Made by a program: the position numbers and the translations under genes. Positions 1-10,817 of a DNA stretch of 64,000 nucleotides are shown piece after piece. The notes under the pieces were generated by a model, which saw nothing but the letters and a program-made list of their open reading frames with translations, was not told the origin of the DNA and did no database searches. Origin of the DNA: an uncultured cyanobacterium (GTDB lineage: Bacteria > Cyanobacteriota > Cyanobacteriia > Cyanobacteriales > Cyanobacteriaceae); the NCBI GenBank assembly GCA_963710605.1, contig CAVQBA010000004.1, positions 128,001 through 192,000 on the forward strand, written 5' to 3'. Positions within the stretch are counted from its first letter, which is position 1. Every line of letters starts with the position of its first letter.

Positions 1-1246
1 GGTTTGCTGTTCCTTGAACATAGACTAAACCATCTACTTCAGGTGCAAAACGGGGAGATCGACCAATCAATTCTCCTGTCATGGGGTTTTCTTGCTCAAT
101 TAATACGGGTACTACTTGACCAACTTGAGCTTGATTTCTAGCTGCTGCGATCGGTTGTTGTAATTCCATTAACTGATTTCGACGGATTTGCTTAATTTCC
201 TCAGGAATCTGATCGCTTAAATTATAAGCTTTCGTACCTTCTTCGGGAGAAAAAGTAAACACACCCACATGATCAAATTGATGTCTTTTTACAAATTGTA
301 ACAAATGTTGGAAATGTTTTTCACTTTCTCCGGGAAATCCGACAATAAAAGTTGTCCTCATCACTGTATTAGGTAAGGCTTCTTTGATTCGATAAATAAT
401 TTCATCGTTCACTTTTCCTTGCCATGGACGGTTCATACTTTTTAATATCTCAGGGTGAGAGTGTTGTAATGGTAAATCAAGATAAGGTAAAACATTAGGA
501 GTTTCTCTTATTGCTTTGATTACTTTATCTGTCAAACCTGTCGGATAAGCGTAATGAATTCTAATCCAAGGGATATCTACTTCACCTAAAGCGGATAAAA
601 GTTCGGCTAATTTTGGCTCTCCATAAATATCAACACCATAATTAGTGGTGATTTGTGAGATTAAAACTAACTCTTTTACTCCTTGGCTTGCTAATTGATG
701 AGCTTCAGATACGATCGATTCTATTGTTCGTGAGCGTTGATTTCCTCGTAAATGAGGTATAATGCAAAACGCACAACGATAGTCACAACCTTCAGCTACT
801 CTCAAATAAGCAATACCTTGATTTGTAGTACGATAACGAGGTATATTCTCGTCAGCAATAAAAGTAGGTTGACTCGAAACTGCTTTAACAGTCTCTCCTT
901 GCTCTACTCGTTCAATAATATCAACTATATTTTGATAATCTCCTGTCCCGACAAGGGCAACGGCTTCGGGTAATTCTGTTAATAATTCTTCTTGAAAATG
1001 CTGTGCCATGCAACCAGCGATAATGATTTTTTTCTGGTTTTCAGCTAATTCGACTAAAGTTCTTACAGATTCTTGCCTAGCTTCGGCAATAAAACTACAA
1101 GTATTAACTATTACATAATCGGCTAATTCTTCGGTGTTGTCTATACCATACCCTGATTGTGCTAATAATCCCAGCATATGTTCAGAGTCTATGCGATTTT
1201 TTTCACAGCCTAAATGCGAAACGGCGATCGTTGGCTTTATGCCCAT
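1..1246 (-). CDS. rimO: Ribosomal protein S12 methylthiotransferase (3' end runs off window)
   Basis: Manual translation from ATG at 1246 gives [32 protein letters not shown], the radical SAM motif [10 protein letters not shown] and a C-terminal TRAM region ([12 protein letters not shown]). Absent from the ORF track because it is truncated. Confidence 0.95.
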   Translation of the reverse strand, partial: MGIKPTIAVSHLGCEKNRIDSEHMLGLLAQSGYGIDNTEELADYVIVNTCSFIAEARQESVRTLVELAENQKKIIIAGCMAQHFQEELLTELPEAVALVGTGDYQNIVDIIERVEQGETVKAVSSQPTFIADENIPRYRTTNQGIAYLRVAEGCDYRCAFCIIPHLRGNQRSRTIESIVSEAHQLASQGVKELVLISQITTNYGVDIYGEPKLAELLSALGEVDIPWIRIHYAYPTGLTDKVIKAIRETPNVLPYLDLPLQHSHPEILKSMNRPWQGKVNDEIIYRIKEALPNTVMRTTFIVGFPGESEKHFQHLLQFVKRHQFDHVGVFTFSPEEGTKAYNLSDQIPEEIKQIRRNQLMELQQPIAAARNQAQVGQVVPVLIEQENPMTGELIGRSPRFAPEVDGLVYVQGTAN

Positions 1247-1321
1247 ATCTTAAGTGAGATTGTTTATATTTTATATAAGTATCAATAATTTCCAACAGCT
1301 ATATCATCATAACAGGTTTTT

Positions 1322-1363
1322 ATGAACAATGAACAATGAACAATGAACAATGAACAATGAACA
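1322..1363. repeat. Heptamer STRR (ATGAACA)x6
   Basis: Six perfect tandem copies; typical cyanobacterial short tandem repeat. Confidence 0.95.
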
Positions 1364-1409
1364 GTTAAAAGCTCTAAACTTCTTCTTCCTCCTTCATCCC
1401 TCATCTTTG

Positions 1410-1440
1410 ATTCCCTATTCCCTATTCCCTATTCCCTATT
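1410..1440. repeat. Heptamer STRR (ATTCCCT)x4
   Basis: Tandem copies read directly; same unit as 27423-27457 on the other strand. Confidence 0.9.
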
Positions 1441-1524
1441 ACTCATTCATTTAGGAACTTTAATTAATTAACATCTGTCTAAAGTAATAACTAGAAAATT
1501 AAAACCTAATTTCTTTTATCTGCC

Positions 1525-1695
1525 ATGTTTAAAAACAAAAAAAATAGTCAATTTAGTTTCTGGCGTAATTGTCTGTTTACTTATATTTTAGTTGGTATTT
1601 CTGCTGGGGCGATCGCTGATATTCATCAAAGTTTTCATTTAGATAATCTATCTAATCAAGCTAGTAATTATTACAGAGTAATTTCAATTGATTAA
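1525..1695 (+). CDS. Small hypothetical protein (56 aa), basic N-terminus and short hydrophobic stretch
   Basis: MFKNKKNSQFSFWRNCLFTYILVGISAGAIADIHQSFHLDNLSNQASNYYRVISID*; too short for the ORF track. Confidence 0.35.
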   Translation: MFKNKKNSQFSFWRNCLFTYILVGISAGAIADIHQSFHLDNLSNQASNYYRVISID

Positions 1696-1777
1696 TCACA
1701 AATTTTAGTTACTGATTTTTTTTCAAATTGAATAATATACAATAAAACAGATAACCAAAAATAGAAGATATTGATTA

Positions 1778-2581
1778 ATGTTTTATTATGCTGGTGAACT
1801 TAAACAAACAGATAAGATTGAGTTAGATATTAATGACTCCACATGGCTTTATGGTGCAACCATTTTTACCACCATGAGAGTCTATAATTTTGATTTAGAA
1901 AATCCCTTAACTAATTGGCAACAACATTTAAATAGACTTAAATTAAGTGTTAATCAATTAGATTGGCAACCTCCAAATTGGCAATTAATAAGAACAGAAA
2001 TCAAAGATTTATTACAATATTTTCCTATTATTAGAATTACTCTTTTTCCCGATGGTAAAGAATTGATTATAGGTAGAAAATTACCATCAAATTTATCACA
2101 AAAGCAAGAAAAAGGAGTTAAGGGTTTAATTTGTCTCGATCGATCATTACAAAGAAGTTTACCTCAACATAAAACAGGTAATTATCTTACTCCTTGGTTA
2201 GGTTTACAACAAGCACAAAAAATCGGTTATCAAGAAGCAATTTTAACTAATGCGGATGGTGATTGGTTAGAAACTAGTACTGGCAATCTTTGGGGTTATA
2301 GTAGCCAAGAAAAAGTGTGGTGTACACCTGATTTATCAGTCGGTATCTTATCTGGTATTGCTCGCAATATGATTATTGAAAATGCTAATTTCCCTGTGAT
2401 AACTAATTATTGGACACCAGAATTTATAGCTAATTTAGAAGCGATCGCTTACAGTAACAGTGTTGTCGAAATAGTTCCTTTTAACACAATTAAAATAGGT
2501 GATACTTATTTATCATACGATGCTCATCATACCGCCTATTCTTTACTGACAAACATATTCAAACCAATAGACTACGATTAA
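1778..2581 (+). CDS. Aminotransferase class IV (4-amino-4-deoxychorismate lyase-like)
   Basis: LYGATIFTTMR, HLNRL, HKTGNY (PLP lysine), ETSTGN, GILSGIAR. Confidence 0.88.
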   Translation: MFYYAGELKQTDKIELDINDSTWLYGATIFTTMRVYNFDLENPLTNWQQHLNRLKLSVNQLDWQPPNWQLIRTEIKDLLQYFPIIRITLFPDGKELIIGRKLPSNLSQKQEKGVKGLICLDRSLQRSLPQHKTGNYLTPWLGLQQAQKIGYQEAILTNADGDWLETSTGNLWGYSSQEKVWCTPDLSVGILSGIARNMIIENANFPVITNYWTPEFIANLEAIAYSNSVVEIVPFNTIKIGDTYLSYDAHHTAYSLLTNIFKPIDYD

Positions 2582-2656
2582 TCATAACTTACCGAAAAAT
2601 TCAGTTAAAAAGTTAGAAATATCTCATGTTATTTTTAAAATCTTTACAAGTTTACT

Positions 2657-4375
2657 CTATTTATCAAGCATAAAAGCAAAGCCAAAGGTATCGTTATTGT
2701 CTGTAGGTGAATGTTTAGCATCAGTAGCAATATTTCCTTGAAATAAAGGAATTTTGTCGATAAAAACTACTTTAGGTAACTGACTAGTTTCTGGTTGTGA
2801 TGGCAAATAATTTTTGGAAACAAAAATAGCACCTCCTTTACCCAAACCCGGGTTAACACCCTTTCCAGCTAATGCCATATTGCCTGTAAAATTAGTGTTT
2901 TCTAGAGATAAAGTGCCAGACTTAACGAAAATAGCACCTCCTAAACCTGCCCCACTACCACTGAATTCAGCCCCACCATTTCCTGCACCAAAACCGCCAA
3001 TACCTGGTTTTCCTTTTATACCTGCTACAGCACCACTGCCACCAAAACCGCCACTACCACCTCCGCCACCGAAGCCACCATCACCACCATTACCACCGTC
3101 TCCACCATCACCACATAATATTAATTCATTAGCCAATTTATCAGCTTGTGATTCAGTTTCAGATTTTTTCTTTTTATCTAATTTTTTAGCTTTCAAATTA
3201 TTACTATTCTTGGTAGTTTCTGATTGATTTAAAACTCCATCTAAAGTATTATCAAATAATAAATCAGTTTCTGTTATTTCTCCTTCATCACCGTAACTAT
3301 TATTAGAGTCAGAAGAATTTATTGCGGTACAGAGATTGCCACCATTACCACCGTTACCGGCATTCCCAAAACCACCAAAACCGCCACCGCCACCGAAACT
3401 AATATTACCAATCGCACCTGTACCATCAATATTACCAAAAGAACCAAAACGACCTATACCGCCATTACCGCCATCACCGCCATTACCACCATTACCACCA
3501 TCACTCCCGCCGTTACCGCCATTACCACCGTTACCAGCATTCCCAAAACCACCAAAACCGCCACCACCACCAAAGGCAATGACACCAATACCACTTACTC
3601 CAACCCCATCAACTCCTGCAATTGCACCTCTATTAGCAATGTATTCACCACCATCATTTTTAATATTAAGGCTATCAAGATTCATTTTTTCTAAATCATT
3701 TCCGCCAATACCAATACCGCTGACTCTGGTAATTGCACCTCGGTTAACATAAAATTTTCCGTCTTTATGATTAATGCTATCAACCGAATTGATTGGTAAA
3801 GTGTTTGTAAGATTATCGCCTTCTCCTCCAACTGCTTGATTATTAGTAAAAATAACATTTTTAAGTTTAACGTTTCCTCCTTCCATTAATAAACCACCAC
3901 CAATACCTGCATCTGCACCAGCACCTTTTTCTCCATTTTTTCCTTGTGCTAATCCATTGATAATTTGTAAATCGCTGATTAAAATATTTCCTCTTTTAAT
4001 CTGAAAAATACGATGATGATTATTGCCATCAATAAAGGTTTTTGGATTACCTTTAATAATCAAATCTGTCTTAATTGTCGGTAAAGTTTGATTTAACTGA
4101 ATTGCCCCTGTAATTTGACTTAAATCGATCGTTACAGGTTTTTGAGCCATATTTGCTTGATTGATTGCCCATCTTAAAGTACCTTGTTTATTTGTATCTA
4201 AATTAGACGTAACATTTATACTTGTTGCTATGTATCGATTGCTAACATCATTTAAAATTACCGCATAAGTGTTTTTTGAACTACACAAAACAAAAAGCAA
4301 AAAAACACTTACAAAAATAGTTAATTTCTTAATAAATAATTTAGCTTTGTTCAATAAAAAATTTAAGATTGGCAT
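2657..4375 (-). CDS. Secreted glycine-rich (GGN/GGF repeat) beta-helix-like surface protein
   Basis: Signal-peptide-like N-terminus, GTLRWAINQAN motif, FGGGGGFGGFGNAGNGGNGG repeats, GLGGAIFV strands. Confidence 0.8.
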   Translation of the reverse strand: MPILNFLLNKAKLFIKKLTIFVSVFLLFVLCSSKNTYAVILNDVSNRYIATSINVTSNLDTNKQGTLRWAINQANMAQKPVTIDLSQITGAIQLNQTLPTIKTDLIIKGNPKTFIDGNNHHRIFQIKRGNILISDLQIINGLAQGKNGEKGAGADAGIGGGLLMEGGNVKLKNVIFTNNQAVGGEGDNLTNTLPINSVDSINHKDGKFYVNRGAITRVSGIGIGGNDLEKMNLDSLNIKNDGGEYIANRGAIAGVDGVGVSGIGVIAFGGGGGFGGFGNAGNGGNGGNGGSDGGNGGNGGDGGNGGIGRFGSFGNIDGTGAIGNISFGGGGGFGGFGNAGNGGNGGNLCTAINSSDSNNSYGDEGEITETDLLFDNTLDGVLNQSETTKNSNNLKAKKLDKKKKSETESQADKLANELILCGDGGDGGNGGDGGFGGGGGSGGFGGSGAVAGIKGKPGIGGFGAGNGGAEFSGSGAGLGGAIFVKSGTLSLENTNFTGNMALAGKGVNPGLGKGGAIFVSKNYLPSQPETSQLPKVVFIDKIPLFQGNIATDAKHSPTDNNDTFGFAFMLDK

Positions 4376-4805
4376 ATTATCAGCTGATGTTAGGTAAAAT
4401 AGAATTAATTACTAAAAGGAAGTATTAATGATTGTAGTTAGGATTTCAATTTAATCCATTGATTCTGGATAGGATTGCGATTGTCACTTGCAGACTCAAC
4501 TTTTGAATTGTGATAAGTCATGATTAAAATCATGTCCATGAAATTAACGTCTGTTTTGGTTAAGACTGTTTTAGCTTAGAAAGACACTTTCGAGCTTATC
4601 TATAACTCAGGTTAAATTATCAAACCGAATACTTAATGCTAGGTACTGAATAAAATACTCCTAAAACAAATTAAAGATTATAAAGTAAACCTCAAACCAA
4701 TCAGGGTTATTAGCGTTTTATCGTCAGGGAGATGCCCAGCCCGATCTTTTTATCTTAATTTTGTACGGTAGTAGTATTTTAAACAATAGTACATAGGCTT
4801 TATTT

Positions 4806-4820
4806 AGTATACTGTATACT
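4806..4820. promoter_or_regulatory. Putative GntR operator (GTATAC-T-GTATAC) overlapping a minus-strand -10 (TATACT)
   Basis: AGTATACTGTATACT; the motif recurs upstream of other purine-locus genes. Confidence 0.65.
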
Positions 4821-4839
4821 AAACATCTGAATAAAAAAT

Positions 4840-4959
4840 TATAGCAGTTAAAGAATTAATTAGGACAGTAATGTATGTGAATTTTCTCTTTGTAAGGAGT
4901 GATTCACTAGAGGTTTAGCCAGTAATAAAAATATCCTAATTTACCCGTTACTTTCTATA
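4840..4959. mobile_element. Degenerate MITE-like element
   Basis: Imperfect ~28 bp terminal inverted repeats TATAGCAG...AATTAGGACA / TATCCTAATT...CTATA. Confidence 0.45.
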
Positions 4960-5079
4960 TTTCACACTAATTTGATTAACTTTTTTTAAAAAATTTAGAA
5001 ATGGAACTTTTCGCATAATTAGCTAGAATTTAACAGATGAATGAGCAATTAACCTGAGTCAGATTAATTTAATTTACTA

Positions 5080-6525
5080 TTAACCAAAATTCACAGTAGT
5101 CATAAAGGCGAATCTTGCCACAAACACTACACTCAAAACCCAAGTAGCAATAGAAACTTGATTTGCTTTACCTTGAAAAGTTTTAATTAGAGGATAGGCA
5201 ATAAAACCAATAGACAAGCCCTCGGCAATAGAAAAAGACAGAGGAATCATAAAGATAACTAAAAAAGCAGGAATTGCTTCTCCCAAATCGCCCCAGTTGA
5301 TACTTAAAGCATTAGACATCATCAAAACACCGACGATTACTAAAGCAGGAGTCGTTGCGTAAGCAGGAATTGCTTGTAAAAGAGGAATAAAGAAAATAGA
5401 TAAAGCAAATAAAACGGCTGCTGTTGCGGCAGTAAAACCCGTTCTACCTCCTTCGGCAATACCTGAAGCTGATTCGACGTAAGTTGTAACACTACAGTTA
5501 CCTAAAAGTGCACCGAAAGTAGTTCCGACTGCATCAGATAACAAGGCTTTGTTTGCTCTAGGTAATTCACCATTTTCGTCAATATATCCTGCTTTCATTC
5601 CTACCCCTGTTAAAGTTCCAATTGTGTCAAACATATCGACAAATAAGAAGACAAACAGAGCGGCAATGAAATTAAATAAATTTGCACTATTGAGTCCAGC
5701 TAAACCTCTGATAGATTCTCCGAATAAGTTCGCAGGAAAAGGTGGAAAATCTACTATTCCTTCAGGTGGGGGTGTGACTTGGACAATCCAACCCAAAATA
5801 GCAGTTGCTAAAACACCCCAAAGTAAACCACCTTTGATATTTCTGACGACAAAAGCAGAAGTTAATAAAATTCCGACACAAGCTAAGATGGTATTAGGTT
5901 CGGTGAAGCTACCAAAAGAAGTTTTAGTTGCTGGATTAGCCACAATTAATCCCGCACCTCCTGTCTCGACACTACCTCCTAAACCAAGGTAGGCAATAAA
6001 CAATCCGATTCCCGCCCCTGTTGCACTTTTAATACAGGTGGGTATAGCAGTAATAATTTGCCGACGAATATCTGTCAAAGTAAGTGAGATAAAAATCAAT
6101 CCTTCCACAAATACACAAGCAAGGGCTAATCGCCAGTCGATTCCTAAACCAATTACCACGGAAAAAGCGAAAAAAGCATTTAAACCCATACCTGGGGCTA
6201 AGCAAAAAAGATAATTAGCATACAATGCCATAGTCATAGTTGCGATCGCAGCAGATATACCTGTTGTAACAACTAACTCAGAAAATAAATCTCCACTTTC
6301 ATTTAAGAAAATTGCATTAGACAAAATAATCGGATTGACGATTAAGACATAAGCCATCGTCATGAAAGTTGTTACCCCTGCCAAAATTTCAGTCCGAAAA
6401 CCTGTTTTATATTCAGCAAATTTGAAGTAGTTAGCGATTTTACCTTGCCAACCGGTATATTGAATTGCACGATTGTCCGACATTTGAGATTGCTCAATTT
6501 CTACATCTTTTAAGTCGTCACTCAT
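5080..6525 (-). CDS. NCS2/AzgA-family purine (guanine/hypoxanthine) permease
   Basis: EILAGVTTFMTMAY, APGMGLNAFF, DMFDTIGTL, YVESASGIAEGGRTG. Confidence 0.93.
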   Translation of the reverse strand: MSDDLKDVEIEQSQMSDNRAIQYTGWQGKIANYFKFAEYKTGFRTEILAGVTTFMTMAYVLIVNPIILSNAIFLNESGDLFSELVVTTGISAAIATMTMALYANYLFCLAPGMGLNAFFAFSVVIGLGIDWRLALACVFVEGLIFISLTLTDIRRQIITAIPTCIKSATGAGIGLFIAYLGLGGSVETGGAGLIVANPATKTSFGSFTEPNTILACVGILLTSAFVVRNIKGGLLWGVLATAILGWIVQVTPPPEGIVDFPPFPANLFGESIRGLAGLNSANLFNFIAALFVFLFVDMFDTIGTLTGVGMKAGYIDENGELPRANKALLSDAVGTTFGALLGNCSVTTYVESASGIAEGGRTGFTAATAAVLFALSIFFIPLLQAIPAYATTPALVIVGVLMMSNALSINWGDLGEAIPAFLVIFMIPLSFSIAEGLSIGFIAYPLIKTFQGKANQVSIATWVLSVVFVARFAFMTTVNFG

Positions 6526-6645
6526 TAAAATGTTTCTCCCTATCGTTGTTAATTTTTAATAGTTTATAAGTGTTGTCAGTTAAGATATGTACTTCAAAAC
6601 AAATTTTATCTTAACGCTACGTTAAACCTTTCAAGTTAAATATTT

Positions 6646-6661
6646 TGTAACCATTTTGACA
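6646..6661 (-). promoter_or_regulatory. Putative NtcA site of the permease promoter
   Basis: Minus strand TGTC-AAAATGGT-TACA (GT-N10-AC), followed 22 nt later by TAACGT (TAN3T), the NtcA-activated promoter spacing. Confidence 0.5.
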
Positions 6662-6885
6662 ATTTTTCTGAGAAAGAAGACTTATTTTTTAATAGATGAG
6701 AATGAGCTTTATTTAACCATAACTAATCAATTTTTTCAGGCTAAAAAATAATTAATAGATAATTAATTAACTTTATTGTATTGCCGTAAAATTATAGTTT
6801 TTAAAATACTAACTAACTAATAAACAAGAGTTGGTAATAGTTTTTTATCCTTATTCTTATCTATGTAACAAAAATAAATATAATA

Positions 6886-8199
6886 ATGACTATTAAAGGT
6901 TTTAGAGGTTCTTTTCTTGATTTTATTGATGATCCTTTTTTAATAAAAGAGAGTGATTGTGTCAGATATATAGAAGATGGTTTACTAATTGTTGAAAACG
7001 GTTTAGTTAAAGATTTTGGTAAGTATGAAGATTTGCAAACTAAGTATTCTGAAATAGAAATAACAACTTATTTCCACAAAGTTATTATGCCCGGTTTTAT
7101 CGATACTCATATTCATTATCCACAAACTGGAATGATTGGTGCTTATGGAGAGCAGTTACTAGAATGGCTAAATAAATACACTTTTCCTACCGAAAAAAAA
7201 TTTAAAAATCCTGAGTTTGCGACACAGATGTCATCTCTTTTTTTAGATGAGTTGTTAAAAAATGGTACAACCACAGCTTTAGTCTTTTGTGCAGTTTTTC
7301 CTGAATCGGTAGATGCTTTTTTTACTGAAGCAAAAAAAAGAAATTTAAGGATGATTGCGGGTAAAGTAATGATGAATCGTAATGCTCCAGACTTTTTGTT
7401 AGATACTGCTAAAACGTCTTACGAAGAAACAAAACAATTAATTGAAAAATGGCATAAGAAAGAACGGTTATTATATGCTGTGACACCACGTTTTGCTATT
7501 ACTTCAACTGATGAACAATTACAATTTGCAGGTCAACTTTTACAAGAGTATCCAGATGTTTATTTACATACTCATTTATCAGAAAATGTCGATGAAGTAA
7601 GTTTTGTCGCTGAGCTATTTCCTGAATCTCAAGGTTATTTAGATGTATATGATAAAGCAGGATTAGTAAAAGATAAATCAGTTTTTGCTCATGGAGTACA
7701 ATTAACTGATGCAGAATTTGAAGTACTTTCTAAAGCAAAATCAGCTATTTCTTTTTGTCCTACTTCTAACTTATTTTTGGGTAGTGGATTGTTTAAACTA
7801 AATAAGGCAAAATCCAAGGATACTCCTGTCAAAGTAGGATTGGGTACAGATGTTGGTGCAGGAACAAGTTTTTCTTTATTACAAACTGCAAATGAAGCCT
7901 ATAAAGTTGTACAACTACAAAAAGAAAAATTATCGTCTTTTCAAGCTCTATTCTTAGCTACATTAGGAGGAGCAAAAGCATTATCTTTAGAAGATAAAAT
8001 TGGTAATTTTGATATAGGAAAAGAAGCTGATTTTATTGTCTTAAATCCCCAAGCTACGCCGATAATGAAATTACGAAATCAAAATTTACCAGCAAAAACT
8101 TTAACGGAAATTGCTGATCTAACTTTTGCGATGATTATTATGGGAGACGATCGAACTGTTGAAGCAACTTATATTATGGGAGACGATCGAACTGTTTAG
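6886..8199 (+). CDS. guaD: Guanine deaminase
   Basis: PGFIDTHIHYPQ, YAVTPRFA, HTHLSEN, CPTSNLFLGSG, GTDVGAG. Confidence 0.96.
   Translation: MTIKGFRGSFLDFIDDPFLIKESDCVRYIEDGLLIVENGLVKDFGKYEDLQTKYSEIEITTYFHKVIMPGFIDTHIHYPQTGMIGAYGEQLLEWLNKYTFPTEKKFKNPEFATQMSSLFLDELLKNGTTTALVFCAVFPESVDAFFTEAKKRNLRMIAGKVMMNRNAPDFLLDTAKTSYEETKQLIEKWHKKERLLYAVTPRFAITSTDEQLQFAGQLLQEYPDVYLHTHLSENVDEVSFVAELFPESQGYLDVYDKAGLVKDKSVFAHGVQLTDAEFEVLSKAKSAISFCPTSNLFLGSGLFKLNKAKSKDTPVKVGLGTDVGAGTSFSLLQTANEAYKVVQLQKEKLSSFQALFLATLGGAKALSLEDKIGNFDIGKEADFIVLNPQATPIMKLRNQNLPAKTLTEIADLTFAMIIMGDDRTVEATYIMGDDRTV
8136..8196 (+). repeat. 25 bp direct repeat at the guaD 3' end
   Basis: TATTATGGGAGACGATCGAACTGTT at 8136-8160 and 8172-8196, giving IMGDDRTV twice. 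Confidence 0.9.
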
Positions 8200-8327
8200 T
8201 ATGACAATTAATAATTAAGAATACTATTCAATTAACTTGTCAAAAACTTTTTTTCGTTACAATTATTCAAAAACTTTTTTAATATATTTAATGTTTTAAG
8301 CCCCTAAGGTTTAGTCGAAGAAATATA

Positions 8328-8362
8328 AAAAACTGTATACAGTATCCAAGTATACAGTTTTT
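8328..8362. promoter_or_regulatory. Putative GntR operator, extended palindrome upstream of the porin
   Basis: AAAAACTGTATAC-AGTATCCAA-GTATACAGTTTTT, a perfect 13 bp inverted repeat. Confidence 0.7.
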
Positions 8363-8710
8363 GTGACAATAAGAATTAAGATTTAAAAAAGAATAATCAA
8401 ATTTAGTAATTATTTTATTCCCCTCTAAAACAGTAAATATAGTGTTGAGATAGCTTACAAAAAAAAGCATTACAAAGTTCGATCAATTTAAACAGTTGAT
8501 TGACAAAATAATCGACAGTAACGGCTAAAAGTATCATCTTTTAGTCGATCGTTTTGTGAAAGGCTATTTGGTTAGTTATCTATGTGGAAAACTGTTTTAT
8601 CTATATATAAAGATAGTTTTTAGTAACCATAGGGAGGTTGAGCAATTACCAAATTTAGATTAACTTGACAATTTCCTAAATAAAAAATAAAAATTTTGGT
8701 GTGAGTTAGG

Positions 8711-10468
8711 ATGACAATTTTAAATAAGATCAAGTGGTTAGTAGTTCCTTCTATTTTAGGAATAGCACAATTAGGTTCGATCGTTAATGAAGCTAAGGCT
8801 GAGACTGCTTCTATATCGGGAAATGTTCCTTCAGTATCAAATCTTAGTGACAATAGTGCCGTCGATCAAGAACTATCGAGTAATTCGATGTCTCAACTCA
8901 ATAGTGTATCTTCTCTAAGAGATGTTTCTCCTACAGATTGGGCTTATGAAGCACTAAGAAGTTTAGTCGAAAGATACGGTTGTATTGTTGGCTATCCCGA
9001 TCGTACTTTTCGAGGTAATCGAGCTTTAAGTCGTTATGAATTTGCCGCAGGATTAAACGCTTGTATGCAGCAGATGGAACGTTTGATTGCAGGTAGCGAA
9101 TCGGTATTAAAAGAAGATGTAGCTACACTCCAACGATTAGCTCAATAATTTGAAGCTGAGTTAGCCGTGCTAGGTGAAAGAGTTGATAACTTAGAAGGCA
9201 GAGTTGCTTTTCTAGAAGATAATCAATTTTCCACCACCACCAAGCTAAGTGCACTCACTAGTTTTTATTTAAGTGGTGCTTGGGCGCCCGGTGACATAAG
9301 AGCAGAGGGAGTGAATATTTTTGCTCCTCGTCGAGGTCAAAATAATGCTCCTGATAGTCGAGTCATTACAGATGATCCTAATGTTACTCTTAGTTATCTG
9401 ACTTGGATTAATTTTGATACTTCTTTTACTGGTAGAGATAATCTTAGAGTTCAATTTGCCGCAGGAAATGGAAACGCCCCGGCTAATCAATTTCTTTCTG
9501 CTGGTTTTTTTAATTCTTCTGGTACTCCATTTATGTTGCAGTCAGCTGGTGATCCAAATGACGTAATAATTAGAGAGTTGTATTATACTTTTCCTGCTGG
9601 TGATAACATAAATATAGCAGTAGGTCCACGGATTCAAGTTTATCGTTTTTTTGATAATAATCGTTATACTTTTTTCCTTAATGGAGCTGAAAGTTTTAAC
9701 TCTAGTGGTTCAACACAGTTTAATTCCATCGATCGAGGTTCTGGAGTCGTTGTAGATTGGAAAATTAACGATATTTTTAAACTTACAGCAGGGTATGTAG
9801 GTAATAACACTGAATTTTTACCAGAGATAATCGGTTCTTCTGCTTCAGACCCCAACAGAGGTTTGTTTGGTGGAACTTACAACATAATGGCTGAATTAGG
9901 TATTTCTCCGACTGATAATCTCAATTTCCGATTTTTATATAATCGTTCTCGTTTAGAAGCGAATCCTTTCAACGGGTATGTTGGTGGTGCTATTGGTGAA
10001 CCTATACCCTATGGTTTCGCCGATGATGGTAATGGTGGTGCTTTAAGACACGCTTTTGCTGATACCTATCTTTTTAACTTTGATTGGGCTGTTTCCAATA
10101 AATTTGGAGTGTTCGGTCGATATAGTTGGGGTAGTACTAGCTTAACACCTAGAGATAGTAGTAAAAGTAAAGGACGGATTGATTCTCAATCTTTACAATT
10201 AGGTTTTGCTCTGCTTGATTTAGGTAAAGAAGGAGCAAGGGCTACTTTTTCTTATCTCATTCCTTTCTCTATAGTAGATGGTAGAGAATTCCTGATTTCA
10301 GGAGGAGGAGACGGCGGAGTACAGTATGAGTTTGAAGCTAATTATTTTTATCCTCTTACTAATAATATTGCGATTGTTCCTTCATTTTATGTGATTTCAA
10401 GAGCAAATAATTTCACCTCAAATGAACCAATTTATGTGACCAATCTAAGGACTCAATTTAGTTTCTAG
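8711..10468 (+). pseudogene. Cyanobacterial SLH-domain/OprB-type outer-membrane porin with one in-frame TAA at 9146-9148 (possibly a sequencing error)
   Basis: DVSPTDWAYEAL...CIVGYPDRTFRGNRALSRYEFAAGL, then AQ*FEAEL in the same frame, FSTTTKL and C-terminal LRTQFSF. Confidence 0.88.
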
Positions 10469-10531
10469 CAATCATAGCCAAGAATGAGATGCTTAAGACT
10501 AATAGATTCCCCTAACCCCCTTTTTCCTAGG

Positions 10532-10697
10532 TAGGGCTGTTTCATGTCTTATTTTTGTAATTTCTACAATGCCAGAAATAGCAGTAAATTTAGCCGTTTT
10601 AATGCGACTAAATCGCTCGATTCGAGTAGTAATAGCTTCTAGCTATTTATTGTGAGCAGATAGCTATTTTCTTCTTCCTTTGAATGAAACAGCCCTG
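10532..10697. mobile_element. MITE with 13 bp terminal inverted repeats (ISAs1-like ends)
   Basis: AGGGCTGTTTCAT (10533-10545) ... ATGAAACAGCCCT (10684-10696); no ORF; next to a CCCCTAACCCCC repeat. Confidence 0.7.
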
Positions 10698-10817
10698 CCT
10701 TTATTAAGTGGGAAATATCACAAATATAATGTTTTAAGTAACTCGTTTCTTGCTATATCTTCGGAAAATTAGCTTTAATTCTTCTATTTAATTAACTTTT
10801 ATGAGTAAAATTTGAAA

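Noticed and set aside
752-973. 73 aa + strand ORF
   Set aside because: Antisense to rimO. The same applies to other track ORFs nested in or opposite real genes (5549, 9269, 9664, 11000, 23383, 26765, 29254, 34346, 37774, 44350, 53286, 60722 and others).
1322-1440. Tandem repeats as a CRISPR array
   Set aside because: Heptamer STRRs with no spacers; no cas genes in the window.
2814-3752. Two Pro-rich ORFs on the + strand
   Set aside because: Antisense shadows of the Gly codons of 2657-4375.
8288-8470. 60 aa minus-strand ORF
   Set aside because: AT-rich promoter DNA spanning the operator palindrome; no recognisable motif.
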